NCBI GenBank assembly: GCA_004022145.1
Contig: RCNU01000002.1
Direction: 5' to 3' (one strand)
From: Paecilomyces variotii
Taxonomy: Eukaryota
Length of the DNA stretch: 64,000 bases
Position numbers and translations under genes: made by a program. Under the pieces are notes generated by a model. The model did not search any database, was not told the origin of the DNA, and saw only the letters and a program-made list of their open reading frames with translations. Shown here piece after piece: positions 26,630 through 38,890 of the stretch (position 1 is its first letter; the number at the start of each line of letters is the position of its first letter).

Positions 26630-27465
26630 GATGGACAGAAACTCCAAGATAGCGTATTACTAGGAGTAGTCACCCTGGAGAAGATAATGAGATGTAGTAT
26701 ATCCAAGTCGTGATAACTGAAGACGCAGAGAACAAATATTGAGTGAATGATATGATAGAATCTCCTCAAATGTCAAGTTGAGGATAGACCAAATAGAGAT
26801 AGTGCACAGGAGAGAACTTCATTAACGATGTCCATTTCCAAATACTTCTCATCTCCCTTTTCCATCTATGCCAGTAGTCTTTATCCAAGACGGGCCTGAA
26901 GCCACGAGGAACCATGGCATCTTCCCCGGAGACAGCGCAAGGTTTGGTTAGAAGACAACGAGCTTGACTGCTAGACAATACTCGATCTGTGCCTGCTAAA
27001 TTGAACACCACTGGGGTTTGAAGCCGTGGTAATCTCGGCACCTAGGTTCTTAGGCTACCATGAGAAGTTATACTTTGCTTCATCCGGAAGTAAATATGGT
27101 TTGCGGGAAAGCACCACGGCTCGTTATCGTAAGGGACCGCGGAGTAATAACCAAAGACTAGGACTAAGAAGCCAAAGCATACCTAGGTAGTTCAAGAGAA
27201 AGCCGAGACTTTTCAGGGGGAATTATTATCTCCCTTCTAGGTTTCCAAGCTACTTTCAATGTGAGTGAAGCTTACACCCCAGCCGCTGCTGAGCCATAAT
27301 AGTAAGCACTAATCATAATTTGTTATCAATTCAGTATCCTACAGACGATGAGCCTTCTGGAGATGATCAAATGGCTGACGAAAGACCTGCTTTCGTCCAT
27401 TTCGATTGTTGATATTACTATTACTAAGCGAGTATTGCGATATTTTATCTTCTTTTTTTCAGCAA

Positions 27466-29986
27466 CTAATCTGCCTTCTTGGGCGTTATTTGACCGCTCT
27501 CAGGAGCAGACCTTCCTAAGCGACTGGCCACAGATATAGCCTCGATGAGCTTGATGCCCGCATCGGTAGTCTCCTGCGCAGTATGGTGCCAGGACCAGAA
27601 CTTGGTAGACTTATCAGAATCGCGGAGTAGATCAGTATCGGTCCTACAGATTTTGTGGGGAACCTCTGTCTCGTTCCCATCTTCAGTCTCATCCTCCGAG
27701 GGACGGACATGCTGGCTAGATGCCGCTGTAGGATCCAATCTGTTAGTCTCAATCACGACGTCCGTGACCTCGTTAAAACGGACGCGCGGCTTATATACTC
27801 TGCACAGTTCGGCTGCTTCCTCAGAGAAGGTCTCCAGATAGCGTCTTTGGATAGTATCGCGCCGTGCTTTCTCACGATGGATGGTCTCTGACCCGATCTT
27901 CTGTAGCGCAGTGCGGACAACGTACCGAGCGACATAATAAAGTTGCTCAGCGACGAAGATCGTCAGAAGCAGAGACCACAGTTCGACCTGTCGGACATTT
28001 CTGCGGTAGAGGTGCACGATGGCCGCCGTGGACAGACAGCCCAACCAAGCGATGAACTCCAAGATGCTGAGGCAAGGGCCGATGGTGTCGGTACGGAGCG
28101 GCGCTGGTCGCTGCCGCTCCATAATGGTCTTGAAGAGCTCACTGCGGAAGCCAGTCCAGTGGAGGAACAAGAACACCAGAGGCACAAGTGGCCAGACTGC
28201 CCCGAAAAGAGCGAGATACCCGAACTGGACGCAGATCTCCAAGAGATTATCCTGCACATCGCGTACAGTAGCCTCGGACTCATCTCTCACGCGGCTCAAG
28301 AAACCGGACTCTTCGGGATGGTCGATCAAAAGGAGAGAGGAGCTGTTTGAGCGCCGGTATGGATGAAGGATATCCGTTGGCCTGTCGGGCAGGTAGTGGA
28401 GATACTTCATGAACGAGACCTGCGCGCCGTGCGGCAGGAAATTCCTCTCCCTGAATTGCAGCATGACAGTCACCAGCACGAAGGAGATGACTTGCTGCTG
28501 TAAGCGGCGGGAATCTATATGTCTTGGAATCCGGTCAGAGAACCAAGTGAAATGCAAGGCATCCAAAGAGGAGCCAATTCGGTCCCCAAAGGGGACGCAG
28601 ACAAAAGCTGTCAGTAGCAAGGGCAAGAAGTAGGTGATGAATCTCGATAGGAAGGTCTTCTGGGCTCGTGCTAGCTCATACTGGGCCTCAGTGCGATGGT
28701 TCTCGTAGTCTGTCAACCTGGCCGCAGCCTTACTGAGGATCGAGCTTATTCTTGGCAGGGAGAGGGCCAAGGATATGGTCGGGAGGAAGTCCTGCGGAAT
28801 CACTTGTCAGACGGGTATATTCCATTTGAGATTGGGAGATACGTACTATGAAAGCTTTAAAGGGGCCTTTGTAGACCTCCAAGGCGAGGAGCTCGACAGT
28901 AAAGGTCACCAGGACCAAGGAACCAATGAAGAAACTGGCGAGTATGGCAACTGCGAACTGTGGTAGCTGTCGAAGTAGCTGCTTTTCGACCTGGTAGATC
29001 TCTTTTGTCCTCTGCACCGTTTGATGCCCCTGCGCTTCTTTTTCCCAGGTGCTGTGGGCCCTATCGCCCTTGACCTCACACACACCTCTAGAACCCCATC
29101 TGATGGCGAGATCGGTTTGTTGCACCTTCCAGTATTCGACAAAGATGATACACCATAGACAACTGATGACAGAGAAGCCGATAGAGTACGAGCCGTAGTA
29201 CATCCAGCTGAGAGTTGCGAAAACTGCTGCGCCAGCAAGGAAGAAACCGTAGTATTGCCCAAACGCAAAGTAAAGTGCGACCTGTATGAAACCTATTAGT
29301 GCTGGTGAATCAATTATATAATGGCTGAATAAGTACCCTCTCGCCAAACAAGGCTCGTAGCTCATCTAGATCGTCCGACTCCAGAATCCTGAGCCGCCTC
29401 CATCGTCGAAAGAGCCCTCTGTTGGCATTGGGGCTATGGAGCGGAAAGCATGCTTTGACATTCTTCCACCTCCCGCGATTTGCGGTTACTTCTGCACCAC
29501 CGTCGTCTTTTCGCCCTGTAACGAGGTGATGAATCGACCGCAGCTCCTCCGCCTCGGTATCACCGTCGATAACAGTGTGACTGTCGCCCACGGGACGGAT
29601 ATCCGAGATCCCATCGAGCCAGTCCTTGACTCTATATCCCTTCATTTAGCACGCAGTAATCAAGACCTCGATGGAGCAGTTAGTCCTCACCTAGACTTGA
29701 AGACTTCGTGCCCCAGACGTTCTCTGGGCGCATTGACGAAGACCAGTAATGAGGCTCCATTACCATGTCGGACTTGGGTACGGAGACCCGCCTCATCCAG
29801 GTCCCGGATCAGGGACCGAAACTCATCGATAGCGGCAGCGGTATCTGAGGATGATGTCAGCTGTGATCTAGTTACGAGGTCGACACCAACGGAAAACATA
29901 CCAGCACCATCAAACTGATAGCGGATAACCCAGTCGACACCGAGATTCTCTTCGTCAGATGATCGACGATCGGGAAAGAGCACCAT
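27466..29986 (-). CDS. IST2: Anoctamin/TMEM16 (Ist2-like) lipid scramblase/channel homologue with an atypical Ca2+ site (multi-exon)
   Basis: NLGVDWVIRY, VKDWL, FPLH, LDELRALFGE.VALYFAF, FVEYWKVQQTDLAIRWG, LTDYENHRTE, LLLTAFV.VPFG, EICVQFGYLALF..VWPL and RP.P.RTDTIGP all match fungal TMEM16 motifs. Confidence 0.88.
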
Positions 29987-30202
29987 TGCCCTCGTGAAGA
30001 ATAGCAGCGCTGCAGTGACGGGTGCCTCGTCACGAGGAAACCGGAAATGACAACTAGGAACGGAAGCAGGACTAAAAATGAAGCACTTTTCTCATCGCAT
30101 GATGGACGAGTATGTATATTTTTTTGTCGTGAAGCAGAGATCTCGAGAATCAACTGGCTTCTCAGCGTCACATTATCCACTGGTATTATTTGTCGAGTAT
30201 CA

Positions 30203-30229
30203 AGAGTAGAGTAGAGTAGAGTAGAGTAG
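30203..30229. repeat. (AGAGT)5 pentanucleotide microsatellite
   Basis: Directly visible upstream of the TMEM16 gene. Confidence 0.85.
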
Positions 30230-31710
30230 GCAGACGAGGAAAGATGCGGGAGGAACCGGCTGGGCAGTATTTAGGGAAAGGAACAGCAAGTGTTTGACAG
30301 CTCAGCCCTACTACTTAACTTAGCAAAGAACGATTGATTACGCATTCTTACTAGATTACTAGCAGTAACTAACTAGTTAGCAGGGAGAATTCTCTCAGTT
30401 ATTAGTTTAGTTCACTTCGAAAATCACAAATCAGAGCGGGGCGCCGGTCGGGTGACTGAGCATTCCACTTCCCACGTGTCTCAGTATAAGTAGGAGAGGT
30501 AAGTTAAGTACAGTAGTAGTTAAGTGAATATTGATTTTCAGACGATGACGGAGCCGATACAGAGCAGAACAAAGTCTCAAAGACCTTTGTGCGTTTATTA
30601 TTATTATGATCAGTCAGATATCGACCTCTGCACGAGGACAATCCGGTTTGACTTGTGCAGAACCGCCTAGAAAAACTACTACAACTAGCAAACGAGGGGA
30701 TCATCCGGGCAATTCCCACAGCATGATCACGACGGGGTTCAGTGATGTGAGCTAACCCGCACAAGTTCACTAAGGACAAGTCAATGGCCTGTTTTTAGAA
30801 CATTTCAACACACCAAGCTGAGCCAAGCTTTTCGGGGCTTGATTAGCGGTCCCATCGTTCCGGTGATGGCCTTTGTTAGCCGGAAACTAGTCATGGGCCA
30901 TGAAATGAAGAGTCTCCAAGAGGGGGAAAGGGGAGGAAAAGGGAGAGAAGCACTGTGTTAATAATGATAATATTCAATTAATCCCTACCTATCTTGTTCT
31001 CTCGAAAATCCAGGTGGTCTGTCCGAGGTCCTGATAGATAGTATAAATACTAGATAGATAGTGAGAGGGAATTGACTCAATTAATAATAATGGCTATGTC
31101 AGCCCCACAGAATGAAAAAGTTAGACGAAGAAATACTAACTAGTACTCCATAATAATGATATGAAAAGGAAATGATCTGATTACTTGACGACAACCCGGT
31201 TCCCCAGACGGGTAAGGCCATCCTATCGTATTTTCTCATTATTCCCCGACTCCACACAAACTCAACTGCCAAGTATTCTAACGGGCTTCCAGAGTTCCGA
31301 TCTGATAGACGAGATCTAAAACGAAAATCGCTACATAAGAGAAGGCACAGTAAGAATACCATTATAATGAAACTGCCCTCCCGTCGGTCTTGGCTGCGGG
31401 GGGGATACCGGGGTCCATTCCCCTGACTTAGTATATATAGACTACTATGGTACTACACACAGGCTGTTTGCGGAGTACTTAGCTCGCTGCGTACCGTAAT
31501 TAAACAATCTATTTTAAAGAAATGATCGTCCCTAAATACGGTGAACAGATACCATGGTCCACGAACAGGGACACAAACCCCTTGCATACTATCACATTTC
31601 CACCTGACAACCATGGATACCACCACACGCCGGGATTTGGGGTTACATATTTAGACCTCACTCTTCCAATCTAGTCGTTGCAGATACATATCAACGTTAC
31701 CATCTCCATC

Positions 31711-33264
31711 TCAAATACTCGCCTTGCTCGTATAATACTGTGTGAAGTCATGCAGGAGAACATTCAAGAACTGCTCATCCAACGAGGTCAGATTCATCTC
31801 TTCGAACAATATAGGCCGCAGAATTCTTTTTTTTAAAAACAAAGAGAGGGAATTTTCTTACCATTGACATTTCCAACGCGAGCTGCGGATCTTTTTCCGC
31901 CTTCTGACACTCCACCAGCAACGGATCCGTCTGCCCGCATTTTCAGGGTCATTCTTGCTCAGACGGTAGAAGTTCTCCCGCGACGATGGATCAATCACTT
32001 CTGTATAGATCTTGCGACGGATCTCGGCGTACTTATCGAGGATGGAATCGTCTGCGAGACCCTTGTGGATTCCGACCAGACAGTCGTAGAGGCTGCCTAC
32101 GTCGGCGATACCCCCCGTGAGGCCAAGGCCGCCGCTACAGAAGTATCAGTATAGCTCTGATACCGACCATCATGACGAAAGAAAAAGGGGAATGGGGTCA
32201 AGAAACATACAATGGATTACACAAATGCGCCGCATCAGCCGCCAGGATGAACCTCCCCACGCGAAACTTTGGCGCGCATCGCTGCTGCAGCTTATACGGG
32301 CTGATATTCGTGATTCTATACTCCCCCGGCTTGGGGCTTCCAGGTAGGAATTCCTGGAACCGCATCGGCTGTCTCTTCTTGTATTCTTCCGGAGTCAGAC
32401 CGGGCTTATCGCAGTATGAGACACGATATAACCCGTCGTTGGCGATTTTCGCAACCATGTGCCAGTTGTCCGGGTCGACGATATAGTTTGTGTCGAGGTA
32501 GCCGAATTTCGTGAAGTCGTAATATACCTGTTCCATTTCATTCAAAGATGCATCAGTCTTTTGAACTTCCCATTCATCGCCCTCTCTCATCAAGGGGATG
32601 CCAATTCTTTTCACTTCATATGAAAAGAAAAGAAAAGATAAGATCTTCTTCCATTTCAACTCACATTCGTCGCGATAATCTGCGCATCCAACGTCTCCCC
32701 GGGAAAATTCATCTCCCCAAACAACGCTCTCCGGATCTTACTATTCCCACCATCACACCCGACAACATAATCCGCCTCGAACATCTTCACACCCTCGGGC
32801 GTCTCGACTTTCGCCCACGCCTTCTTCTCATCCTGTCCGATATCCACAACTCGATGCGACCAATTCACCTTCGCGATCGGGTCATACTTCTGCACATGTG
32901 CATAGAGGACTTTTCCCAATCTGTTCAGCGGCAACACGACCATCGCGTCCGGGTTATCGGGAAAAGTCATCTTGGCGATCACACTCCCGTCTACTTTGCG
33001 CCAGCAGGCCGTGGAGGGTTTGAAGCCGCGAGCCGCGACGTCGTCGAGAACGCCGGCTTTGCGGAGGATCTGGATCGCAGGGGGTGCATAGTGTGCTGCG
33101 CGAGGTTGTTCGTCGAGTTGGGAGGTTTGTTCGAGGAGTGTGGTGGAGATTCCTTGTCTGGCGAGGAGGATGGAGAGTAAGAGACCGGATGGACCGGCGC
33201 CAACGATGAGGACTTTGGATAGTTTTCCTCCTCCTCTTCCTGTTGTGATCTGTTGTCCCGACAT
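31711..33264 (-). CDS. FAD-dependent monooxygenase (group A aromatic hydroxylase, FAD_binding_3), multi-exon
   Basis: [11 protein letters not shown] (Rossmann fold), [15 protein letters not shown] (DG motif), [27 protein letters not shown] (GD motif); last exon [19 protein letters not shown]. Confidence 0.92.
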
Positions 33265-33841
33265 TTGGCTTGTTTTTTTGTCTTTACTTCTTTTATCCAA
33301 GACTTTTCTTTTTTTACCAATGATCGTGATACTCTAACAGACAGAAACAGAAAATCGTTCACCGACAGGGAGACCCTTGCTGTCTCTCTTAGAGAATAAT
33401 TATATCAATCAATCAGTCAATCAATCTCCCACACCTTCCCCCCCAACTCCACGCGACATTAGAAACCATTTATGTTTGGGAAAAACCATCGTGGGGCTTC
33501 TACCACCACCACCACCACCACCTACCTAGGTACCTACCGACATAACTAACTTAACCCCCCCGATGTCGCTCAACTCGGGGAGGAGGATGACAAGAGATAC
33601 GAACCCACACGCCCATCCATCCCATGCGGGGCCTAAATAAGAACAATAATAGTAAGCAAAAACATGCAGACCGCCATATCTAACCAACTAACAAACAAGA
33701 AAAAAAAAGAGAGAGAGAGCTCAGACTGCCCGAACAAAGTCCGGAAAATATAGATCCCACCGGGAAAACTCCCTTGCGGGGAAAGACAATAATGGAGCGG
33801 TGGCGGATAGGAAATACTGCAATTCGAGTTTAGTAGTTTAC

Positions 33842-33913
<72 letters not shown>
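33842..33913. repeat. (TAG)~24 trinucleotide microsatellite
   Basis: Perfect tandem TAG run in the intergenic region upstream of the monooxygenase. Confidence 0.97.
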
Positions 33914-34608
33914 AAATTGAAATAATATTATTCTACCTATACGGGAGGGAAAATGTTCATACCCTCGGGTAACTAAACTCCTGGGGGGAAGATTAATACA
34001 GTACGCCTGTTTTTGGCCTTGCTTTCTTTGGTGGTGGTCGTGGCATAGATTGAAAGTCGTTATTTGAACTACGAAGGTGTGTTGATATAGAACTGCCACG
34101 TAGGGTTAATCAGTGTTCATGGAAGGTTAGGTTGGGTCTTGATCTGTTTGTTCAGAGGCATATCTAGTGTGTTGTTGAGGTAGATACTGGAGTACGGAAT
34201 ACCATACGGAGTACTATAGAGAGAATGTGGATATGGTGGCGGAGTGGAAAATGCGGGGGTGGCCAGCCAGGATGTGGAGGCTTCGGTACAGTCTTTTTGC
34301 TCGGGTAAAGCACTTTTCTAGATCATAACGTGCTCTCACAATATATACAGCCCATACGGATCTAGATATTAATTACAATGTCATGGCTGATTAAGTTTAC
34401 GAGACGAGGCATTTGAATCAGAACGAGTTGAATTGTCCTTGATATATTTTTGTCTATATCCTTCTTTTCCCACAGAAAAACGAAATGCTTATATAACTCA
34501 GACCAAAAAAGAAAAAGAAAAAGAAACTACGCCAGACTTTATCGTCAGCTGCGTATTCGGGAATTCATATGTCAATGTCGTCTTGTCGCTAAGATACAGA
34601 GAGCCAGC

Positions 34609-36736
34609 TCAGTGGTGGAACAGCCGAGTGCCCTGCTCGACGTACACGATTCCGAGCTTCTCGGCAGTCTCGAAGACAGCGCCGTCGTTCTGGCTGCCGC
34701 TGGGGGCCGCAATGTACTTGACACCGGAGCGGGCGGCACGGAACACGTTGTCCGTGAAGGGGAACTGCGCATGAAAATGTTAATCACAATATAACACCAA
34801 TATGAAAGATTAGGATCACATACGAAAGCATCCGAGGAGACTGCAACCTCGCTCAGCTGCTTCAGCCAAGCCTCGCGCTCCTCCTTGGTGAACTGAGCAG
34901 GAACTTCCTCGAAGACCCGCTCGAATTCGGCCTTCTCGATCTCGTTGCTGGGCACCTGGCCGGAGCACAGCATGTCGATGGCGTTGCTCTTGTCGGGGCG
35001 CTTGGTGCCCTTCTTCCACTTGAGGTTGAGAGCACGGTCGTGGAAACGCATCCACCAGTTGTCGGCCTTGTCACCGGCCAGACGGGTGCAGTGGATACGG
35101 CTCTGCTGACCGGCACCCAGACCGATGACTTGGCCGTTCAGGGCGTAACAGACAGAGTTGGACTGCGTGTACTTCAGAGCAATGGTGGCCACCGTGAGGT
35201 CACGGAGAGCAGAGTCGGGAAGGGTCTTCAGGTCCTTGGGGGTGACGATGGTGTTGAAGGTCTTGGTAGGAGTGATGGTGACGTCGTTGCGGTGCTGGGT
35301 AAGCTGGACGCCGTAGAGGGTACGGGTCTCCTGAGGAGCAGGGACGTAAGACTCGTCCATCTGGAGAACAAGGTACTTGCCGCCCTTCTTGCCAGTCAGG
35401 AGCTTGAGAGCCTCGGGCTCGTAGCCAGGGGCGATGACACCGTCCGAGACCTCACGGGAGATGATCTTGGCGGTGGGGACATCGACGATGTCACTGAGGG
35501 CAATGACATCTCCAAAGCTGGACATGCGGTCAGCGCCACGAGCACGGGCGTAAGCCTGGGCGAGACCGGAGTTCTCGAGTCCCTCAATGTCATCAACCAT
35601 GTAGACCTTGCGCTCCTTCTCGTTCAGGGGAACACCGATAGCAGCACCAGCGGGAGAGACGTGCTTGAAGCTCGCCGCAGCAGGGAAGCCGAGGGCCTGC
35701 TTCAGCTCCTTGACCAGCGGCCAGGCGTTGAGGGCATCGAGCAAGTTCACGTAGCCGGGAGATCCACCAAGCACCTTGAACGGAAGCTTGCCCTGGACCA
35801 TGTAGGCAGCGGCAGGCTTCTGGTGGGGGTTGGTACCATAGCGGAGAGAAAGATGCTGAAGACCGTTACCAGCATACTGCTTGCGGAAGAAGCCCGAGAT
35901 GGCAGAGTCGTAGTCGGCAGTCTGCTCGAAGGCCTTGAGGGCGTACAGCTTGCGGCTCTCCTCAGTGACCTCGCCGGCCTCCAGCTCCTTCAGGAACTCG
36001 GGGTAGTCGTTGGGGTCAGAGAGGATGGTAACGCGGGAGTGATTCTTGGCCGCAGCACGGAGAAGAGTCACACCACCAATGTCAATCTCCTCGACAGCCT
36101 CGGGGATAGTGACGTTGACCTTGGCGACGGTCTCCTTGAACGGGTAGAGGTTGCAGACAACGTAGTCCACCTTGGCGATCTTCTGGTCGGCCAGGTCCTT
36201 CTCGTCGGACTCCAGATCGCGAGCCAGGATACCACCATGCACGGCAGGGTGGAGGGTCTTGACACGTCCACCGAGCATCTCGGGGGCGTTGGTGATGGCA
36301 GAAACATCCCTTATCGTCAGGTCAGCCGGAGTTTCCTCCAATATGACATATCCTGTCCATCGTCCAGCCAGAAATAACCACACCACACCACACCCCTCAG
36401 TTGACAAAGGAGTGTGACCACCATTACTATCCCGCATGATGTATGGGAAGACTCACTCAACGGGGAATCCAGCCTCGCGGATCAGCTTCGCCGTACCACC
36501 AGACGCGAGCAGACGGACATTGTGCTTGACAAGGCCCTTGGCCAGGTCCAGCAGACCGGTCTTGTCGTAGACGGAGAGGATAGCTATGTCAGAGCGTCAG
36601 TTGAAGCCATCATGACAATTGACCATATAACAACAGTATATATTTAAAAAAAAAGATAAAAAGGACCGACCCGATCCCATCCCTCAACCATATTGCTTCA
36701 AAATATCAAAAATGACGTACCTGACTTCTGCGCCAT
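34609..36736 (-). CDS. ADE17: Bifunctional AICAR transformylase / IMP cyclohydrolase (PurH)
   Basis: [78 protein letters not shown] and [15 protein letters not shown]; ends RLFHH*. First exon ATGGCGCAGAAGTCAG|gtacgt. Confidence 0.98.
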
Positions 36737-37759
36737 GACGGATGGAAACCCTGTCGAACTAATATCATCGAAAGAAACCAGTATTAGCCCCAGATTCCAA
36801 TCAGTTTTCTTCACGGCACGAAAAACCAGAAAAACCACAACCAAGTATTATTAGAGAGACAGGAAAGGCACAAAAGCTCAAGACCACAGATTTCACATAC
36901 CCTTTCTTCGATCGATTGAGACAATGCAAGGAAGTGCGAATCCAACCCAAGATCACTGCGAGAAAGAAGGTCAAATAAAAAAAGAAAGAAAGAAAGTTGA
37001 ACACCGACCTCGCACTTTTTCTCCCGTTTCCCTTTTTCCCGCGGGGTTCGACCTCGCACTCTGAACTCTCTCGGATCAAGTAAGAAAGACGGATCCGCTC
37101 CTTGAACCCCGCACCATCCCGCATCAGGTTTAGCGCATTATCCAGTTTCGCCATTGACATCAGCTATTCACCGCTTTCCTAATCTGATAGATATCTTGGA
37201 TCATGTGGTATCACCTGATGTGATCGATATCACCTGATGACATGGCGCACAGACCATCTGCCTAAACGGGTCCGCGTATATTTTGAGATTTTTCGGCTTC
37301 GAATTTTCCTTTTTCTTTTCTTTCTTTTTTTTTTTTTCTTCATGAACAACGCAAATAATCAACATTCTTCTCAAAAAGCGTTCCTACGAGGTTTACTTCA
37401 CGTTGGCCTATGAAGTACGGAAATCGTCATAGAGAATGGAGATCAGATGTGGCTGACTTCTGTTGGCTGCATGGTGTCGATCTTGGGTGCAGTGCCTTCC
37501 TATTGTAAGTGGAAGGGATTGCAATGATTGACTCTACATGCTCCTTTTTCTTTCCCACTATATTTCTTTCTGTCTACGTAAGTGAAGGAAGATTCATCGC
37601 GTAAAAATTCGTATTCTGCGTTGAACAGCCTATTATTATTTAAGAGTTGATCGGTGTATGGGTGTGCGAGTCATAACGTTTCAAGGGATCCCTTTCTCTT
37701 ATCCCTCCGGGTATAAAACGACAATAATGATCGACTTTTGCATGTCTCTCGGAACGAGT

Positions 37760-38890
37760 TCAGCGGCTTGCTGCAGGTCCGCTCGGTGCCAGCAAACGTC
37801 CAATGTTTCCAAAGCACACGCATGCGCAAAACAGGACACTGGCCACCCACGTGCCGATCGCAATGCTGTCCCAGGAGAGTCCCAGCTCGAGGCCGTATAT
37901 CTGCCCCGAACCGTTGGGGATCGTAATCCGAGCGGGTGGATTGGTTGGCATTGGGATCACCTCTGGGCTGACCTGCAGGATGACGCCCATTCCGATTATG
38001 CCCACTGCTGTCGACAGGAAAAACCCAGGCTTGGAGCGATCCACAAGGTACCACAGAACCGGGTTGACGAGGGCGAGGGTGAGAGAGGCTTGGGCTGTAC
38101 TCTGCCAGGGCAATCTGCGCTATAAGATTGTCAGCAATCCGAAGTATATGTCAGGGACGGGAGGGAAATATATATAGCTGTAATGAGAACTTACAGTAGC
38201 GAAAGCAATGCCAACAAAGGCACCAATGCTGCGGACGACAGGACTCCAGCGTGAGAAGCGAGACTCTGCATCTGGCTGTTTGGCTGGCTTCGCAGCTTCA
38301 CCCAGAAAATCTCCCCATAACCCGTCCAGCCAGGGCAGCACACTCCCCAGGGCCACGCCGGCGAGTCCCCATAAACCAATGTACTCCCATGAAGACGAAT
38401 CGATATTCGTCTTCACCGGCGTGATCCAATGATTCTCGTGTAGATGAGAGACGAGGGTGCCGTAGGCAACGCCGAAACCGAACAGGAGGACGCTCCGCTG
38501 CACAAAGGGGAGAACTGTTCCACGAAAGCCATGGCTGCGACGAGCAGAGGAGCCTCTCCTCAAAGCTGGCTTTTCTTCTGACACCGGCGACAACTGCGTC
38601 TTCTCAGCGCCAGAAGGCTGGACCTCCGTCCCCCACGGTGTTGAATCGTCGCCGCGCGGGTTGTCGAAGGCGGTTGGAGAGTAGATACCGTACAAGGTGG
38701 ACGAGGTCAGGTTGAGAATCGAGCCAGTACGGCTTCCCAGCCCGTCTTTTGTGCTTTCCTTTGTGCTCAGTAGATCTGGATTCGTGGGCTCCGGATGAGG
38801 CGTGGAAGGCTCGGAGGAATCGTTCGACGGCGCCAGTTCGAAAGTGCGCCGCGGCACAGGTTGCACGATCGTGGGCTGTTGTTGAGACAT
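37760..38890 (-). CDS. INSIG-domain ER membrane protein (Nsg1/Nsg2-like), 2 exons
   Basis: SRTGSILNLTSSTLYGIYSP, LFGFGVAYG.LVSHLH, WGLAGVALG..LPWLD, VRSIGAFVGIAFA.RRLPWQST.Q, LALVNPVLWYLVDRS and SVLFCACVCFGNIGR. Confidence 0.92.

Noticed and set aside
33830-34099. Poly-Leu ORF
   Set aside because: Translation of the (TAG)n microsatellite.
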